A stretch of DNA of 64,000 nucleotides from contig CAVPOM010000004.1 of assembly GCA_963707025.1 (NCBI GenBank), positions 576,001 to 640,000 on the forward strand, given 5' to 3'. Numbering within the stretch: position 1 is the first letter of the stretch; the number at the start of each line of letters is the position of its first letter. The position numbers and the translations under genes were made by a program. This DNA comes from an uncultured Verrucomicrobiae bacterium (lineage in GTDB: Bacteria; Verrucomicrobiota; Verrucomicrobiia; Limisphaerales; Palsa-1400). Of this stretch, positions 32,691 through 42,509 are shown piece by piece. The notes beneath the pieces are model-generated. The model saw nothing but the letters and a program-made list of their open reading frames with translations, had not been told where the DNA came from and did not search any database.

Positions 32691-32784
32691 ACACGTATTT
32701 CAAATTGGCGGCTGCACCCGCAGCCATTGAGCCGTTCCCGTAAGGAACAGCACGTCTGCAGTCGTTTTGTCGATGACCATGGCG

Positions 32785-33231
32785 TTACCCTCCATATCCC
32801 TCGGCCGCTTGCAGAACCGTGCTCACCTCCCCGGCGCGCAAGCAGTCCAAGGGCCTTTTCCCTCCGAGGAAACCCCGGTTTGAAAGGAAAATGAGCATTC
32901 GTCCAAAGTCATCCAGCCGACAACCCGCACCCAGGATTTTGAGAGTCTCTTCCAAGCCGTCCAGCAACTCGCGGTCCTTGAATTGCCACACGGGAAAACG
33001 CGCCGCGCTCGTCCGTCCGTCATTCCAGGCAATGATCTGTCCCCTGTGATACAATTTCAAAATGGCTGCCTGGGAGATGCCCAGCTCTCCCCCCGCCTCC
33101 TGCGCTGACAGGCTTCCCCCACCTGCTTCCATCAGCTTTCGGCGCGCGGTCATTCTCCTGGACATGGCCTTGGCCAACCGATTATCAGCATCGGGAATTG
33201 CCTCACACTTTTTTATTTTCACAACAACCAT
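32785..33231 (-). CDS. HTH plus Xre/MbcA/ParS-like antitoxin-type protein
   Basis: GGSLSAQEAGGELGISQAAI (HTH), FPVWQF, LGGKRPLDCLRAGEVSTVLQAA; start uncertain. Confidence 0.6.
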   Translation of the reverse strand: MVVVKIKKCEAIPDADNRLAKAMSRRMTARRKLMEAGGGSLSAQEAGGELGISQAAILKLYHRGQIIAWNDGRTSAARFPVWQFKDRELLDGLEETLKILGAGCRLDDFGRMLIFLSNRGFLGGKRPLDCLRAGEVSTVLQAAEGYGG

Positions 33232-33422
33232 ACGACGAGGGAATACAGGCCACCCATCAAGATCGCCCACCCGGCCGGACCGATGGCATAGCCTTTCCAG
33301 GTTGTGCCCCAAAAGCGCCAATGGTCCATCGAATGAACAGCCCAATATCGAAACAGGTGGGGATCGAAATGGGCGAGAACCCGCACCAACAAAATGAACG
33401 GCAAGAGGACAATTATTTTCAT
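33219..33422 (-). CDS. Small membrane protein
   Basis: 67 aa with two hydrophobic segments, starting 3 bp after the upstream gene. Confidence 0.4.
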   Translation of the reverse strand: MKIIVLLPFILLVRVLAHFDPHLFRYWAVHSMDHWRFWGTTWKGYAIGPAGWAILMGGLYSLVVWLL

Positions 33423-33425
33423 GCG

Positions 33426-33830
33426 TCAAGAAGGCTCCCCCGATTCCAGCTCGTAGAGCATTCGGCTCACTTGCTCCTCCGTCATCCCGTTCAATCTCCG
33501 CCGCATGGCTTCGACAATGCTCTCTCCTTGGTTCCGCTGTATTTTGCCAGCGTCCAAAAGAGCTGCCAGCCGGTGCAAGGCGCCAGACCGAAAGTCCTCT
33601 TCCGGGTCCGCGCCTGTTTCAGGTTCAATAAATGAACCGGTGACACCACCAGGGCCCCAGCCGAGATCCTCGTCGATCTCCGCCCCGGTCCGGCGATCAA
33701 ACTCCCAACCGCCGCAAATAATGCGATCTGCCGTGAGATGTGTCACCTTCAACCGCATCGGTTTTGGAATTCCCCAGAACCGGCGCAAGACAGAATCCCC
33801 AACTGCTATTTCTGCAAGTTTTTTGCTCAT
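33426..33830 (-). CDS. Hypothetical protein
   Basis: 134 aa ATG-start ORF in a minus-strand run; GWEFDRRTGAEIDEDLGWGP. Confidence 0.6.
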   Translation of the reverse strand: MSKKLAEIAVGDSVLRRFWGIPKPMRLKVTHLTADRIICGGWEFDRRTGAEIDEDLGWGPGGVTGSFIEPETGADPEEDFRSGALHRLAALLDAGKIQRNQGESIVEAMRRRLNGMTEEQVSRMLYELESGEPS

Positions 33831-33931
33831 AATTCTTTCCGGATGCCGGATGACTGCTCAACCGCCGTGACGGCTGCGGAGTCCCTCTTCGGTGCTTCCA
33901 ACTCGACCGCCTTGAGACTATCGTCCACAAC

Positions 33932-34801
33932 TCAGCGAGGATTTTCCACGGCCTCTGTGCTTTTTGCAAAACGTCGGAACAACCGCTCCCGCGCCTTGGC
34001 AAGAACTTCCGGCGCAGAAATGTGGCATGGCCAAAACAGTCCCACCACTGCGCCCGCCTGGCGCAAATGGATGGCCGCACTGTCCCTGTGCCATGTGAAC
34101 CTGACCGAATCCAACCGTCGGACGATGTGGTCATACAAGATCGCCGGGATGGCGGCGCCGTGACTGAACCAAACATAGTCCAGCAATCCGACGCGGTGGT
34201 AAAACACAGGACGCACAGGTCGGCCCCGGGTTTTGGAGATTTCAGCCGTGAAAACCTCATCTTTCTCCGCCGGCCTGAGACCCCTGGGCGGGTGGCCCAA
34301 CACTTGAACGACTGCGCCGGACATGTTGCGACCGCTCCCCCAGGCCGGGTTTTTCCGCAAGTCCACAGAGTAGGCCGGCCGGTTTTGCCAACGGCCCAGG
34401 CTGCAACGCAATCGCCCCCGCTCTCTCTTCAGGGGTCCAGAATTCATGGGGAGGAAGAGGTCCTCGTCCTCCCGATGGATCCGCGTCCACCAGACCGCAT
34501 CCCGCAGGACCCGGGGCATCGGTATCGAACCGGGTTGCCAAAAAGGACTCGGATCGTTCTCGTAGAGCACGTAGAAGTTCTCTCCCGCAGCGCGCGCCGC
34601 CTGCGTGAGCTTCTCCCCGTCCAACGTCAGGTCCAGGTCGGCCTGTTTCAGCACCCGGCCGCCGAGGCTGCAAACCTGCGCGTTGAACACAACAAAGTGG
34701 CTGCGGTGCCGCTTGCAATAGCCGCTTTTTGAATTCGCGATCAGGCGTCCCTCGGCAAAACCATGTTCCCGAAGGACGGCTATGATTTGGTTGTGGTGCA
34801 T
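33932..34801 (-). CDS. Hypothetical protein
   Basis: 289 aa ORF; no motif recognised. Confidence 0.55.
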   Translation of the reverse strand: MHHNQIIAVLREHGFAEGRLIANSKSGYCKRHRSHFVVFNAQVCSLGGRVLKQADLDLTLDGEKLTQAARAAGENFYVLYENDPSPFWQPGSIPMPRVLRDAVWWTRIHREDEDLFLPMNSGPLKRERGRLRCSLGRWQNRPAYSVDLRKNPAWGSGRNMSGAVVQVLGHPPRGLRPAEKDEVFTAEISKTRGRPVRPVFYHRVGLLDYVWFSHGAAIPAILYDHIVRRLDSVRFTWHRDSAAIHLRQAGAVVGLFWPCHISAPEVLAKARERLFRRFAKSTEAVENPR

Positions 34802-34933
34802 GGATTACGTATGGGCCAAATTATTCCTCAAGCTGGGCCTCTAAATCTCTCACATAACGCCGTCACGGTGCTTCGTTCTTGATGCCAAGACCAGAAATGT
34901 CCAATCCATTGAACGACCTTTTTTTCCAAAATC

Positions 34934-35836
34934 TCAGTTTCCAGGGCATTTTGCCCGCTGTACGCGGCGCCAATTCACCAGGATCCGCTCGGGAGCGGAT
35001 TTGGAGGCTGAAAGCGTCAGTACATGAATAGGGGTGGACACCCTGGTCTTCAGGTCACCCACGTCCAACGCCCCCTCTTCGGCAATGACGACGTGCTTGA
35101 ACCCGGCGCAGCGCAACAGATCCTCGCGAACCTCCGGCACGGAGGACCATACGTGGTTAAAAAACAAACGCGGCGCCCCCAACGTCAGAACCCTCGGCCA
35201 TATTTTATGAGTGAGTCGGCGGGCATGATCCGGGCCCAGATCTCCATTGATGTAAATCAGCGATTCCACCGGAACGAAAAGGTTGGAGCGATGGAGATCG
35301 ATTCCCGCCGCCGCGGGAAGCTTTCCGTCCGCCCGGCTGGCGGCATGGGCCAGGGCGGTAAACACGAAGGTGCGTGAGAAATCCGTGCCGCCGGTGATGA
35401 TGGTCAGGCCCGCCTTCTGGTCCAGCAACTCCAGCAAGTGGCCTGTTTTTCCAGGGGCCTGGGCCAGGCGCGGGTCATCCAATGTCGGGTAAGCCCGGCA
35501 GTGGGCATCAATGAAAGATTGGCGTTCTGCCGGCGGCAATCGCTCCAACAGGCACAAAAAGCCAAGCACATGTGGGTGGTGAAAGATGTCGAACCAGTTG
35601 TAAGTGGTACTTTTGGACCGGCCGAGCATTTTTGCCAATCGCTCGAAGCTCATTGGGTGCCTGTGCTCCGCGGCAAGCCTGGAACGCAAATCGGCGAAGA
35701 TGTCGCGGGCCGAAAACGGATAGCCCGGAGTGGCAATAAATCCGTCATCGGGAAGTTTTGTTTTCCGAGTTTGTTTGTTCATGCCTTTTGGTTTGGCCGC
35801 AAACTCGCGGCGGCGGCCTTTGTTCCGGATGAACAT
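34934..35836 (-). CDS. HTH protein with degenerate P-loop-like C-terminal region
   Basis: SFERLAKMLGRSKSTTYNWF (HTH); AGLTIITGGTDFSRT; paralog at 53355-54005; start may be 35782. Confidence 0.65.
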   Translation of the reverse strand: MFIRNKGRRREFAAKPKGMNKQTRKTKLPDDGFIATPGYPFSARDIFADLRSRLAAEHRHPMSFERLAKMLGRSKSTTYNWFDIFHHPHVLGFLCLLERLPPAERQSFIDAHCRAYPTLDDPRLAQAPGKTGHLLELLDQKAGLTIITGGTDFSRTFVFTALAHAASRADGKLPAAAGIDLHRSNLFVPVESLIYINGDLGPDHARRLTHKIWPRVLTLGAPRLFFNHVWSSVPEVREDLLRCAGFKHVVIAEEGALDVGDLKTRVSTPIHVLTLSASKSAPERILVNWRRVQRAKCPGN

Positions 35837-35890
35837 GCATGGCGAAGACTGCGTCCCACAGCCGGGCGGTTTTAGTGACGTCTGTCAATG
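35822..35890 (+). repeat. 69-bp direct repeat, copy 1
   Basis: 63/69 identical to 40108-40176 by manual alignment. Confidence 0.9.
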
Positions 35891-36378
35891 GTAATTGTAA
35901 AGACCCGAACACGAAGGCCCAGGCTTATGTCAACGCGGAAAAAGGCGACACAAAAAACGCGGATTGCATGAATTATTTTGGAAAGCGCGCAGGAAATTCT
36001 CGATCCGGGAATGGCGTCTTAAATCCTCACCTTACCGGTGACTGATCTAAACGATCTCTTTCGGTGAATTGCATTACGGACATCAATTCCATGCGTGACC
36101 GCCGGCCTGACAGCCCGATTCCACCACGAATAGACCACAGAATGCCCGCTCTTTACGTCCCCAGACCTTTCTGCTAAGATTTTTGCGTCCGTGAACCATG
36201 CGACCTCTGCCCCCTCCGGGGGGCGGATGTTTGGATCGCTCATCCACCCGGCACGACTGTCGGCGCACCGGTTGGCGAACATTAAAGGCTGAGCAGCGCA
36301 TGAAACATTCCATCCTGGATTTTCCCCTCGTGCTGTCGCCCAGGCCTTTGAGCAATCGTCTCACACCATGAGGTTGGC

Positions 36379-37722
36379 ATGCGCATCGTTCAGGTAGTCC
36401 ACGGTTATCCCCCTCGTTACAACGCCGGCTCGGAGGTTTACACCCAAACTTTAAGCCGCTCGCTGGCGAACCGGCACCAAGTAATGGTCTTCACTCGCTT
36501 TGAGGATCCTTTCCTGCCGCCCTATGCCGAGAAGGACGAATTGGATGCAGGAGATCCTGGCATTCCGCCGATACCGCTTCGGCTGATTAACATCCCCCAT
36601 TTCCGGGATCGCTACCGCCACCAGGCCGTGGATGAATCGTTCGCGCGTTGCCTCGACGATTTCACCCCCGAAATTGTCCACATCCAGCACCTCGGCCATC
36701 TTTCAAGCTCCCTGGTGAAACAGGCATCCTTGCGCAGCATCCCGGTCGTGTTCACGCTTCATGATTTCTGGCTCATGTGCCCAAGGGGGCAATTCCTTCA
36801 ATTCTTTCCCACAAACCCGGACGACCCCTTCGCCCTATGCGACGGTCAGGAGGACCGCAAATGCGCCACGCACTGCTGTGCCCGCCACTTTTCCGGGGCG
36901 CCGGACGACGAACCCGAAGACGTCAGATACTACACGGAATGGATTCGCCGCCGCATGCAGCACATGCGCGAAATAATCAGTCTGGTGGATATGTTCATTA
37001 CGCCGTCCAAACAGCTCCGCCGCCGCTTCGTAGAGGAGTTCTCGCTGCCATTCCAACGCGTGGAGCATTTGGACTACGGCTTCGATCTCAAGAGGCTATC
37101 GGGCTGGCAACGCGCGCCCCGAGCCGACGGGGGCTTCGTTTTCGGATACATCGGAACACATGTGGCCGCCAAAGGCATCCACCAGCTCCTGGACGCCTTC
37201 GCGCGCCTGAATGACAATGCACGCCTCCGTATTTGGGGTCGTCCGCACGCGGAGACCACCCCAGCACTCATGCAGATACACAATCGGCTTCCTGCGTCTG
37301 TCCGCCAGCGCATATCCTGGGAAGGTGAGTATGCCAATGAAGACATAGTCCGCGCCGTTTTCAACCAGGTGGACGCCATAGTCGTCCCCTCCATTTGGCT
37401 GGAGAACTCCCCACTCGTCATTCATGAAGCGCAACAGGCGCGTGTGCCCGTGATCACGGCCAACGCGGGCGGCATGGCCGAGTTGGTCCATCATGAAGTC
37501 AATGGCCTCCTATTCGAGCACCGCAACCCAGCAAGCTTGGCAGGCCAAATGTCCCGCCTGCTAAATGACCCTGCGTTGGCCACCCGGCTAGGCGAGCGTG
37601 GCTACCTCCATGACCCGGACGGCAACGTTCCTTCGACGGAACAGCTCGCACTGAAAATCGAGGCCCTTTACACCAGACTGTTTAGTCCAAACCTCGAAGT
37701 CCGGCAGGAGGTTCCCATATGA
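36379..37722 (+). CDS. Glycosyltransferase family 4 (GT-B)
   Basis: HGYPPRYNAGSE, TLHDFW, KGIHQL, VPSIWLENSPLVIHEA, GGMAELV. Confidence 0.93.
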   Translation: MRIVQVVHGYPPRYNAGSEVYTQTLSRSLANRHQVMVFTRFEDPFLPPYAEKDELDAGDPGIPPIPLRLINIPHFRDRYRHQAVDESFARCLDDFTPEIVHIQHLGHLSSSLVKQASLRSIPVVFTLHDFWLMCPRGQFLQFFPTNPDDPFALCDGQEDRKCATHCCARHFSGAPDDEPEDVRYYTEWIRRRMQHMREIISLVDMFITPSKQLRRRFVEEFSLPFQRVEHLDYGFDLKRLSGWQRAPRADGGFVFGYIGTHVAAKGIHQLLDAFARLNDNARLRIWGRPHAETTPALMQIHNRLPASVRQRISWEGEYANEDIVRAVFNQVDAIVVPSIWLENSPLVIHEAQQARVPVITANAGGMAELVHHEVNGLLFEHRNPASLAGQMSRLLNDPALATRLGERGYLHDPDGNVPSTEQLALKIEALYTRLFSPNLEVRQEVPI

Positions 37723-38759
37723 GCTCGACCCCCTGGCGAATCACGTTCGACACGAACCCCGACGACTGCAATCTCAAGTGCCTGATGTGCGAGGAGCACT
37801 CACCCTTCAGTCCGAAGCAGGCCGCACGGATCGCCTCTGGCCAGCCGCAGCGCCGCATGGACATTCGTGTCCTTGAGCAGGTACTCGAAGAGTTGAAAGA
37901 CAGCCCACCTCGCGAGATCATCCCCTCCACAATGGGCGAGCCGCTGCTCTACCAGCATTTCGATGCCGTCCTGGAGTTCTGTCGCCATTACGGCATACGC
38001 CTGAACCTGACCACGAACGGAACCTTTCCCAAAGGCGGCGCACTCGAATGGGCCGGTAAGATTGTCCCCCTTGGCTCCGACGTGAAGATTTCCTTTAATG
38101 GCATCCAGTCGAAAACCCAAGAAAGCATCATGCGGAACAGTCGGTATGAATCCGTGCTCGCGAATATCCGCACCTTCATTGCCTTCCGAAACGACCACGC
38201 CGCCCGGGGTGGCAATTACTGTTCAGTCACGCTCCAGGTAACCTTCATGGAGCGGAATCTTCCAGAATTACCTGAGATCGTCCGATTGGCTGCCAGCTTG
38301 GATGCCGATCGCGTGAAAGGCCACCACCTTTGGGTTCACTTTGCTGAGATGAAAAAACAGGATCTGCGCCGGAGTCCTGAGTCGGTGGCGCGTTGGAACC
38401 AGGCTCTTGTTCAGTGCCGAAATGCGGCGGCGAGTTGCACCCGCCCCGGCGGCACCCATGTAAGGCTAGAAAACTTCACGCCCCTCACCTTCAGCAACGC
38501 GCAATCTATGCCTCCTGGATCGGAGTGCCCGTTTCTCGGACGGGAAGCTTGGATTAACAACTCTGGCCGGTTCGACCCGTGCTGCGCGCCCGACGATTTG
38601 CGGCAGTCCCTTGGCGCTTTTGGGACCGTTCAAGAACGAGGCTTCCTTAATATCTGGCAAGGAGAGAAATACCGCGCTCTTGTGTCGGGCTACCGGGATC
38701 AATCCCTTTGCCAAACCTGTCTTATGCGTCGTCAACCTTCCACCACGAACTTCCCATGA
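37719..38759 (+). CDS. Radical SAM protein with SPASM/twitch-like C-terminus
   Basis: CNLKCLMC, GEPLL, TTNGT; C-terminal CPF...PCC...CQTC; ATGA coupled. Confidence 0.92.
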   Translation: MSSTPWRITFDTNPDDCNLKCLMCEEHSPFSPKQAARIASGQPQRRMDIRVLEQVLEELKDSPPREIIPSTMGEPLLYQHFDAVLEFCRHYGIRLNLTTNGTFPKGGALEWAGKIVPLGSDVKISFNGIQSKTQESIMRNSRYESVLANIRTFIAFRNDHAARGGNYCSVTLQVTFMERNLPELPEIVRLAASLDADRVKGHHLWVHFAEMKKQDLRRSPESVARWNQALVQCRNAAASCTRPGGTHVRLENFTPLTFSNAQSMPPGSECPFLGREAWINNSGRFDPCCAPDDLRQSLGAFGTVQERGFLNIWQGEKYRALVSGYRDQSLCQTCLMRRQPSTTNFP

Positions 38760-39514
38760 ATCTCGAATCCATTTCGATTGCACCGGACGGCACACACCAC
38801 CGGCTCGACGGCCAACCTCTCTATCAGCCCCGCTTCGGCCAGGTACTCAAGTTTCATCCTCCAGGGCTGGCGGCGGTATCCGACTCCTCCGGCAGCTACC
38901 ACATAACCCCGGCCGGTCGGCCGGCCTACCGACACAGGTATTCTGCCACGTTCGGGTTCTACGGAGGCAGGGCCGCAGTACACGATGAGAGTGGCTGGTT
39001 CCACATCCTCAAAAGCGGCCTCCCACTCTACCGGGAACGCTATGCATGGAGCGGCAATTATCAACAGGAGCGCGTGCCGGTGCGCGACCAGGCCGGCTTT
39101 TACTACCACCTTGACGCTGACGGCAAGCGTGTTTACCAGGAGGCTTACCTCTATGCAGGAGACTACCGCGACGGAATCGCCTGCGTCCGGCAAGCCGCCG
39201 GCCTCTGTACACATATAGATTTCTTTGGGATCCCTGTCCACGCAGGGTACTACTTGGACCTTGATGTTTTTCATAAAGGCTTCGCAAGGGCGCGCGATTA
39301 CCGTGGTTGGTGTCACATCCGGGCCGACGGAAAACCGGCATATACCGCCCGGTTCGAGGAAATCGAAGCATTCTACAATGGCCAAGCCTTTGCCCGAACA
39401 CTGGAAGGCGACCGCGTTCTCCTTAATGAGTCTGGTGCCATTATCCACGTAGTGTGGCATGGCGTCGCGATTGCCGCTCCAGACGGCCAGCGCGGCAAGA
39501 CTGCCAGGACTTGA
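38756..39514 (+). CDS. WG-repeat-like protein
   Basis: About five repeats of F/Y-x-x-G-x-A-x-V-x-D-x-x-G-x-x-H-I-x-x-x-G-x-P-x-Y; ATG overlaps the rSAM stop. Confidence 0.75.
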   Translation: MNLESISIAPDGTHHRLDGQPLYQPRFGQVLKFHPPGLAAVSDSSGSYHITPAGRPAYRHRYSATFGFYGGRAAVHDESGWFHILKSGLPLYRERYAWSGNYQQERVPVRDQAGFYYHLDADGKRVYQEAYLYAGDYRDGIACVRQAAGLCTHIDFFGIPVHAGYYLDLDVFHKGFARARDYRGWCHIRADGKPAYTARFEEIEAFYNGQAFARTLEGDRVLLNESGAIIHVVWHGVAIAAPDGQRGKTART

Positions 39515-39615
39515 TTTCGACCCGTCCCTTCGCGAACCAACTCGCAGATGGTCCGAATCCTCAGCTTGTTTGAAGGGAGTTGCTAGCAGAGATCCTCGCA
39601 CGAAATGCCCTGTGC

Positions 39616-39697
39616 TTCACCCCGAAACCCGTCGCACGGTGGATCCCGGCGATGGATTCCTGGTCATCGCGGGTGGCGTAGAATTCCGACATCCCCA
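39616..39697 (-). repeat. 82-bp aldo-keto reductase fragment, inverted copy of 51493-51574
   Basis: 73/82 identity by manual alignment; encodes GMSEFYATRDDQESIAGIHRATGFGV. Confidence 0.9.
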
Positions 39698-39866
39698 ACC
39701 GGCGCGCCCCGTCCTCGTCTTGCACGCTGGCGGAGAAGTCCAGGACCATCAACAACGGTCCCATCGTGTCCACCAGGATGTGCCGCCTGCGCCCGTTGAC
39801 TCTGCCCGCGTCGTACCCGCGCTCCCGGCTGGTTTCGCTGCTCTTCACTGACTGGCTAGCACACAC
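39698..39866 (-). pseudogene. IS5-family transposase internal fragment
   Basis: SQSVKSSETSRERGYDAGRVNGRRRHILVDTMG...VQDEDGA matches the IS5 pattern DSQSVK...GYDAGKKVKGRKRH..VDTLG...QDRDGA. Confidence 0.8.
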
Positions 39867-40107
39867 TCAAAAGTGTGGCTGCCGTCGCACGGGCCAAGGA
39901 CAGCCCGCAGGTTCAGAACTTCCTCACTCGAAGTCCGGCGGCGTTGCGCCAGGAATGCAAAATCAATGGCAAGGTACTTGCCGTAGCTTACAAGCCGGCT
40001 CGGTATTCGGCCGTCAAGGGCAGCATCGATCTCCTGCACCAAAGCGCCCACTAGATAATATCCCTCATCATCATCGGCAACGTGCGGCGCGGTATATTTT
40101 CCAAGCA

Positions 40108-40176
40108 GTTCCGGATGAACACGCATGGCGAAGACGGCGTCCCACTGCCTGGCGGTTTTAGTGACGTCCGTTAATG
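40108..40176 (+). repeat. 69-bp direct repeat, copy 2
   Basis: 63/69 identical to 35822-35890. Confidence 0.9.
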
Positions 40177-40435
40177 ATGCTTTTAAAGAACGCCGTCGGC
40201 ATTCCGGGCGCTCGAAGATTCGATTTTGGGGCATAAACTCGGGAATCGTGGTTGAGAGGTACTGTTGAAGGCTGGTGGGTTTCTCCCAACCTCGCTTTTG
40301 TTCTGCGGGCCAGATTGGCCAGCGGAACAAGTAACCGCACAAATCCGACCATGCGTGTCAGATTTCGCGCTCCAGGTGATGGGGTAACCGCGTTTGGCTC
40401 GCACGAATTGGCTGTGCCGCTGGTGGGTTCGGTGT

Positions 40436-40840
40436 TCAAAACGGCGGCCTGCCGTCGGCTTCTCCACCGGCAGGAGGCGTCGCGTGATCGTGCTCGTCGC
40501 CGTCGTTGGGCTTCGACGAACTCTGCGGTCGCGGTTCCGGGACAACAAAGCAATGCAACGAGAGTTGCGAGCGTGATGTGCCCTCATTATTCCAGGTCTC
40601 GGTGCGCTGGCGGCCCTCCACCATGACCGTGTCTCCTTTCTGGTGACGCGCCAGCGCGTCGGTCCAGCCTCCAAAACACTTGCACGCGACGAACGCGGTT
40701 TCTTCTTGGGCGACATCCGCTTTGTCGCGGTAGCGACGATTACTGGCGATGTAAGAGAAACCCATCTTGGAGCCGTTGTTTCGAATAATTGGTGCGCGAA
40801 CAAGGCGCCCCATCAGCACAGTGACGTTGAGATTCGACAT
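40436..40840 (-). CDS. ssb: Single-stranded DNA-binding protein
   Basis: NVTVLMGRL, IASNRRY, KGDTVMVEGR, acidic tail ending in PF. Confidence 0.88.
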   Translation of the reverse strand: MSNLNVTVLMGRLVRAPIIRNNGSKMGFSYIASNRRYRDKADVAQEETAFVACKCFGGWTDALARHQKGDTVMVEGRQRTETWNNEGTSRSQLSLHCFVVPEPRPQSSSKPNDGDEHDHATPPAGGEADGRPPF

Positions 40841-41031
40841 GCCTTTTTCCTTCTGGTTGATTATTTGATTTTACTGCCTGGCTCTTTCTCGAGCCGGCTT
40901 CGAAATCTGTGTTTGACGCCGTTTTCGAGAGGATGAGGCGCCGCCAATCGAAGAAAAATCACCAAACTCGCATTTTCCGTCCGACAAATTGCCATCCTAT
41001 TCAGCATTACATGGTGGAAGGACAAATTATT

Positions 41032-42507
41032 ATGAAACCAGGCGAAGACTTATATCCGAAGGCGAGAGAGATTCTCCGAGGCGAACCCGCCATGGGAAAG
41101 AAGCGACTGGCTCTAAAGCTCGGTGTTAAAACTCCGACGTCGAGGCGGTTGATGGAACGATTTCGCGGCGAGACTCAAGGCCACAACAACGACCCGGTGT
41201 ATCAGAGAGTCCGAAAACTAAAGGAAGCGCAACCAGACTGGGGTGCTGGACGAATCTCCCAGGAATTGAACATCAGCGAGGATCATGCCAAGCTGCATCT
41301 GGCGCGCTGGATCGGCGCGCAAGGATTTCAATCGAAGGGCGGAACCGCTGGGGCAGAGCCAACGGCTTCGGCTGCACCGGAGGCGCCGAATTCCGGAAGC
41401 ACCTTGCAAGACGCGGTGGGGCAGACCACGCGTGACCTGTGTTACCGGGGATCGCAGATCAAAACACTCGAAGATTTACTACGTCACGCGGAAGTGGACA
41501 CATCCGTCTGGCAGGTTGAGCGCTGGGTGGCCAACAAATGGGACGTGGGTGCGCGCAACCCCGCTACCGGTGAAATCCTGACAGCCCCCTTATTTCAGGT
41601 CAAAGTCTGGCTGCATCGCAAGATCGTTGAAAACTCACTCAAAGAATTCACCGAAGCCTTGAAGGAGGAATTCAAAAAGGACGCTCCCACACGTCCGGCA
41701 ATTCGTCGCGCCTCACCCGGGCAGGGAATGTTGGAGATCGCGTTGATGGATTTGCATTTCGGCAAGCTTTGCTGGGGTGAGGAGTGCGGTCGCGACTACA
41801 ATCCGGACATTGCGAAAAGGATGTTTTGGGATGCGATCGAGGATTTGCTGGCGAAATCCGCCGGCCTGAAGCCGGAGAAGATTCTATTTCCCGTCGGCAA
41901 CGATTTTTATCACACGGATATTTTAGGCCGCACCACCACGGCGGGGACTCCGGTCGACTCCTCGATCGTCTGGAAGCAGGCGTTTGTTCAAGGTTGGCGG
42001 TTGCTGGCCCAAGGGATCGAGCGGTTGCGCGCGGTCGCTCCTGTTGATGTGGTCGTGGTCAACGGCAACCATGATGTGCAAACCGCCTTTCACGTTGGCG
42101 AGGTTTTGTGGGCAAATTTCTGCCGGACCGAAGGCGTCACCGTGGACAACAGCCCCACGCAGAGGAAATACGTGGCGTTTCACAAATGTCTGCTGGGCCT
42201 GACCCATGGTTCGGAAGAGAAGCACTCCAACCTCCCCATGTTGATGGCGACCGAACGCCAGGATGATTGGGCCAAAAGCACTCCGGCCGGACGCGAGTAT
42301 CACATCGGGCATTTTCACCACAAGAAGAGCCTGAAGCTCCTGCCGGCGGAGGATGTTTCCGGTGTTTTGATCCGGGTGATTCCCAGTCTCACGCCTTTGG
42401 ACGCCTGGCATTCGTCGAAAGGTTACGGCAGCAAGCTGGCCGCGGAAGCCTACTATTGGGACCCCGAATGCGGAGTCACCGCAACACTAACCCACAGCCC
42501 GGGGTGA
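41032..42507 (+). CDS. Tandem-HTH plus metallophosphoesterase-like protein (phage-type)
   Basis: Two N-terminal HTH-like units; DLHFGK, GNDFYH, GNHD, THG, GHFHH. Confidence 0.8.
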   Translation: MKPGEDLYPKAREILRGEPAMGKKRLALKLGVKTPTSRRLMERFRGETQGHNNDPVYQRVRKLKEAQPDWGAGRISQELNISEDHAKLHLARWIGAQGFQSKGGTAGAEPTASAAPEAPNSGSTLQDAVGQTTRDLCYRGSQIKTLEDLLRHAEVDTSVWQVERWVANKWDVGARNPATGEILTAPLFQVKVWLHRKIVENSLKEFTEALKEEFKKDAPTRPAIRRASPGQGMLEIALMDLHFGKLCWGEECGRDYNPDIAKRMFWDAIEDLLAKSAGLKPEKILFPVGNDFYHTDILGRTTTAGTPVDSSIVWKQAFVQGWRLLAQGIERLRAVAPVDVVVVNGNHDVQTAFHVGEVLWANFCRTEGVTVDNSPTQRKYVAFHKCLLGLTHGSEEKHSNLPMLMATERQDDWAKSTPAGREYHIGHFHHKKSLKLLPAEDVSGVLIRVIPSLTPLDAWHSSKGYGSKLAAEAYYWDPECGVTATLTHSPG

Positions 42508-42509
42508 AC

